The notes beneath the pieces are model-generated. The model was not told the origin of the DNA. It saw nothing but the letters and a program-made list of their open reading frames with translations, and searched no databases. Source: Pseudomonadota bacterium (GTDB lineage Bacteria > Bdellovibrionota_B > Oligoflexia > Oligoflexales > CAIMVM01). From it: DNA of 29,270 nucleotides. The position numbers and the translations under genes were made by a program. How positions within the stretch are numbered: position 1 is the stretch's first letter; each line of letters opens with the position of its first letter. Positions 28,133 to 29,270 of this stretch are shown here, piece by piece. The stretch covers positions 1-29,270 of the forward strand of contig JBAXBA010000041.1 in the NCBI GenBank assembly GCA_037142195.1, read 5' to 3'.

Positions 28133-28377
28133 AGATTGCCCTCTGTAGTCGTCCTAAAATAATAAATCATCTGTCGCAATAAAGCCTAGCTTTTTGTCCA
28201 CGCCTTTGGATCCAAAGAGGCTGTGAACATCAGCCAGCGATCACTCTGCACCGCGCCATCTCAAAGCACCTTTCAGCATTTTCTTCAAATATTAGTCGCT
28301 GCGCGAATTTCTTTGATTCTTTCATTTATTTAAAGAAAATCTGATTATTTAAGTTAAATTGGGCGGATACGGAGCAC

Positions 28378-28401
28378 GGCTTTGGCTTTGGCTTTGGCTT
28401 T
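28378..28401. repeat. (GGCTTT)4 tandem hexamer
   Basis: Four exact copies at the truncated end of IS91 copy 2. Confidence 0.9.
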
Positions 28402-28873
28402 GTACTAGCTGGGAATCTCTTTTATGATGATTCTGTAGACTTTAGAGAACAGTTTTGTATTAGAATGGAGCCAGAAACGCCTGGGAATAGGAAACGTCAC
28501 TGCAAATTGGCGATAGGGAGTCATGGCGGATACTTGGTTGACAAGGTGGGTAGCAGCCTTCACTTGGCTTTTGGCACAATAGGAAAGGCAAAAGCCTCTT
28601 TTTTTCCAGCTAAAGGCAACTACTTGCTCCTTTTGACGACTATTGCTGACTAGTTTTAAACACCCATAGGCTTGGAGTCCCACCCTTTAGAAAGGACTCC
28701 AATTCTTTGATCACATAGCTTGGTAAAGGTAGTCCTTCCCTATCTCTGTCAAAGTTAAAAGTGTTTAGGCGATTTTGAATGATCCGCTAGCACTGAGTGA
28801 GGTCCGGACGTCGACGCATATAAATAAATATTTTTGGGGTTTTGGCGGTTTCCAGGACCGAACAATGCGCCAA
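28378..28873 (-). pseudogene. IS91-family transposase N-terminal remnant (copy 2)
   Basis: YMRRRPDLTQC*RIIQNRL...LPSYVIKELESFLKGG, a frameshift near 28680, then AYG...VAFSWKKRGFC.SY...A.HLV.QV....PYRQF.VTFPIP.R; matches the IS91/ISCR zinc-binding domain with stops and lost cysteines. Confidence 0.85.
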
Positions 28874-28960
28874 ACGGGACCTTCAGAGTAGAAGTGACAA
28901 AATACCGTTGGCCAAAAGGTGACATAGCCAGGTTTTCGAATGATGCTACGGAATCACTAG

Positions 28961-29270
28961 CCTCATGTCACTCTAAAGAATTTCAGTGCCTTTTCCAATC
29001 GGCGCAATGAAATTATTGCGGGCATGTTTGCCAGGCTGAAAATTGTTGAAAAAGCCGGTACAGGTATTGCTCGTATTCTGTCTTCCTCCAAGAAGGCCGA
29101 ACTGAAAACCTCGCTTTTTGAAAATCTTGGCGGTTTTTTCAAAGTGACTTTATATCGCCCAATTATCAAAGCGAATATTGGTGACTTGTCCTATAAAGGG
29201 AGTCCCAAAAGTTCACCCAAAAGTTCACCCAAAAGTTCACCCAAAAGTTCACCCAAAAGTTCACCCAAAA
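28961..29270 (+). pseudogene. 5'-truncated ATP-binding protein (HATPase_c_4/RecG C-terminal-like), running off the window
   Basis: PHVTLKNFSAFSNRRNEIIAGMFARLKIVEKAGTGIARI...FKVTLYRP; in-frame TAG at 28958-28960 directly before it; absent from the ORF track because it has no stop in the window. Confidence 0.75.
29204..29270 (+). repeat. 12-bp tandem repeat (CCCAAAAGTTCA), five full copies plus a partial copy, encoding PKSS
   Basis: Exact units start at 29204, 29216, 29228, 29240 and 29252; the sixth is cut by the window end. Confidence 0.95.

Noticed and set aside
28204..28217. 14-bp palindrome CTTTGGATCCAAAG upstream of the oxidoreductase
   Set aside because: Single occurrence with no supporting context; it could be an operator or IS-end hairpin, but this cannot be supported.
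28963..29169. 68-aa minus-strand ORF
   Set aside because: Antisense shadow of the plus-strand HATPase-like fragment.
29204..29270. Terminal repeats as a CRISPR array or iterons
   Set aside because: Units are 12 bp, contiguous with no spacers, in frame within a coding remnant, and no cas or rep gene is present.
1..29270. tRNA, rRNA, known riboswitches, prophage or restriction/defence genes
   Set aside because: No recognisable signatures found by eye; a covariance-model scan would be needed to exclude small RNAs.

Overview
A moderately AT-rich bacterial chromosomal window. The gene repertoire suggests a Bdellovibrionota/Oligoflexia-like organism (inference only). The left end is poorly coding and holds an orphan ANT(2'')/Lnu-like nucleotidyltransferase. 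A set of genes that fits phosphate limitation follows: an olsA/olsB-like acyltransferase pair, a secreted phytase-like esterase, a secreted CYTH-like protein, an orphan pstS directly upstream of an 886-aa lipoprotein with four CxxCH motifs, and further right a porin. Inside this set lies a co-oriented five-gene cluster (GNAT, condensation-fold acyltransferase, XRE regulator, FeeM/LasI-like protein, fatty-acid desaturase) that is the best candidate for an undescribed acyl-lipid pathway. The middle has housekeeping and translation-related genes (DUF1003, YbaN, thioesterase, arfB, 2OG-Fe(II) oxygenase, MFS, RimJ/L GNAT, XRE, DTW, ASCH, YkgJ). The right end has a Tat-lipoprotein CrtU-like flavoenzyme between two decayed, same-orientation IS91-family transposase fragments, then a truncated HATPase/RecG-C-like gene that ends in a 12-bp tandem repeat at the window edge. 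All family calls come from motif recognition; no searches were run.
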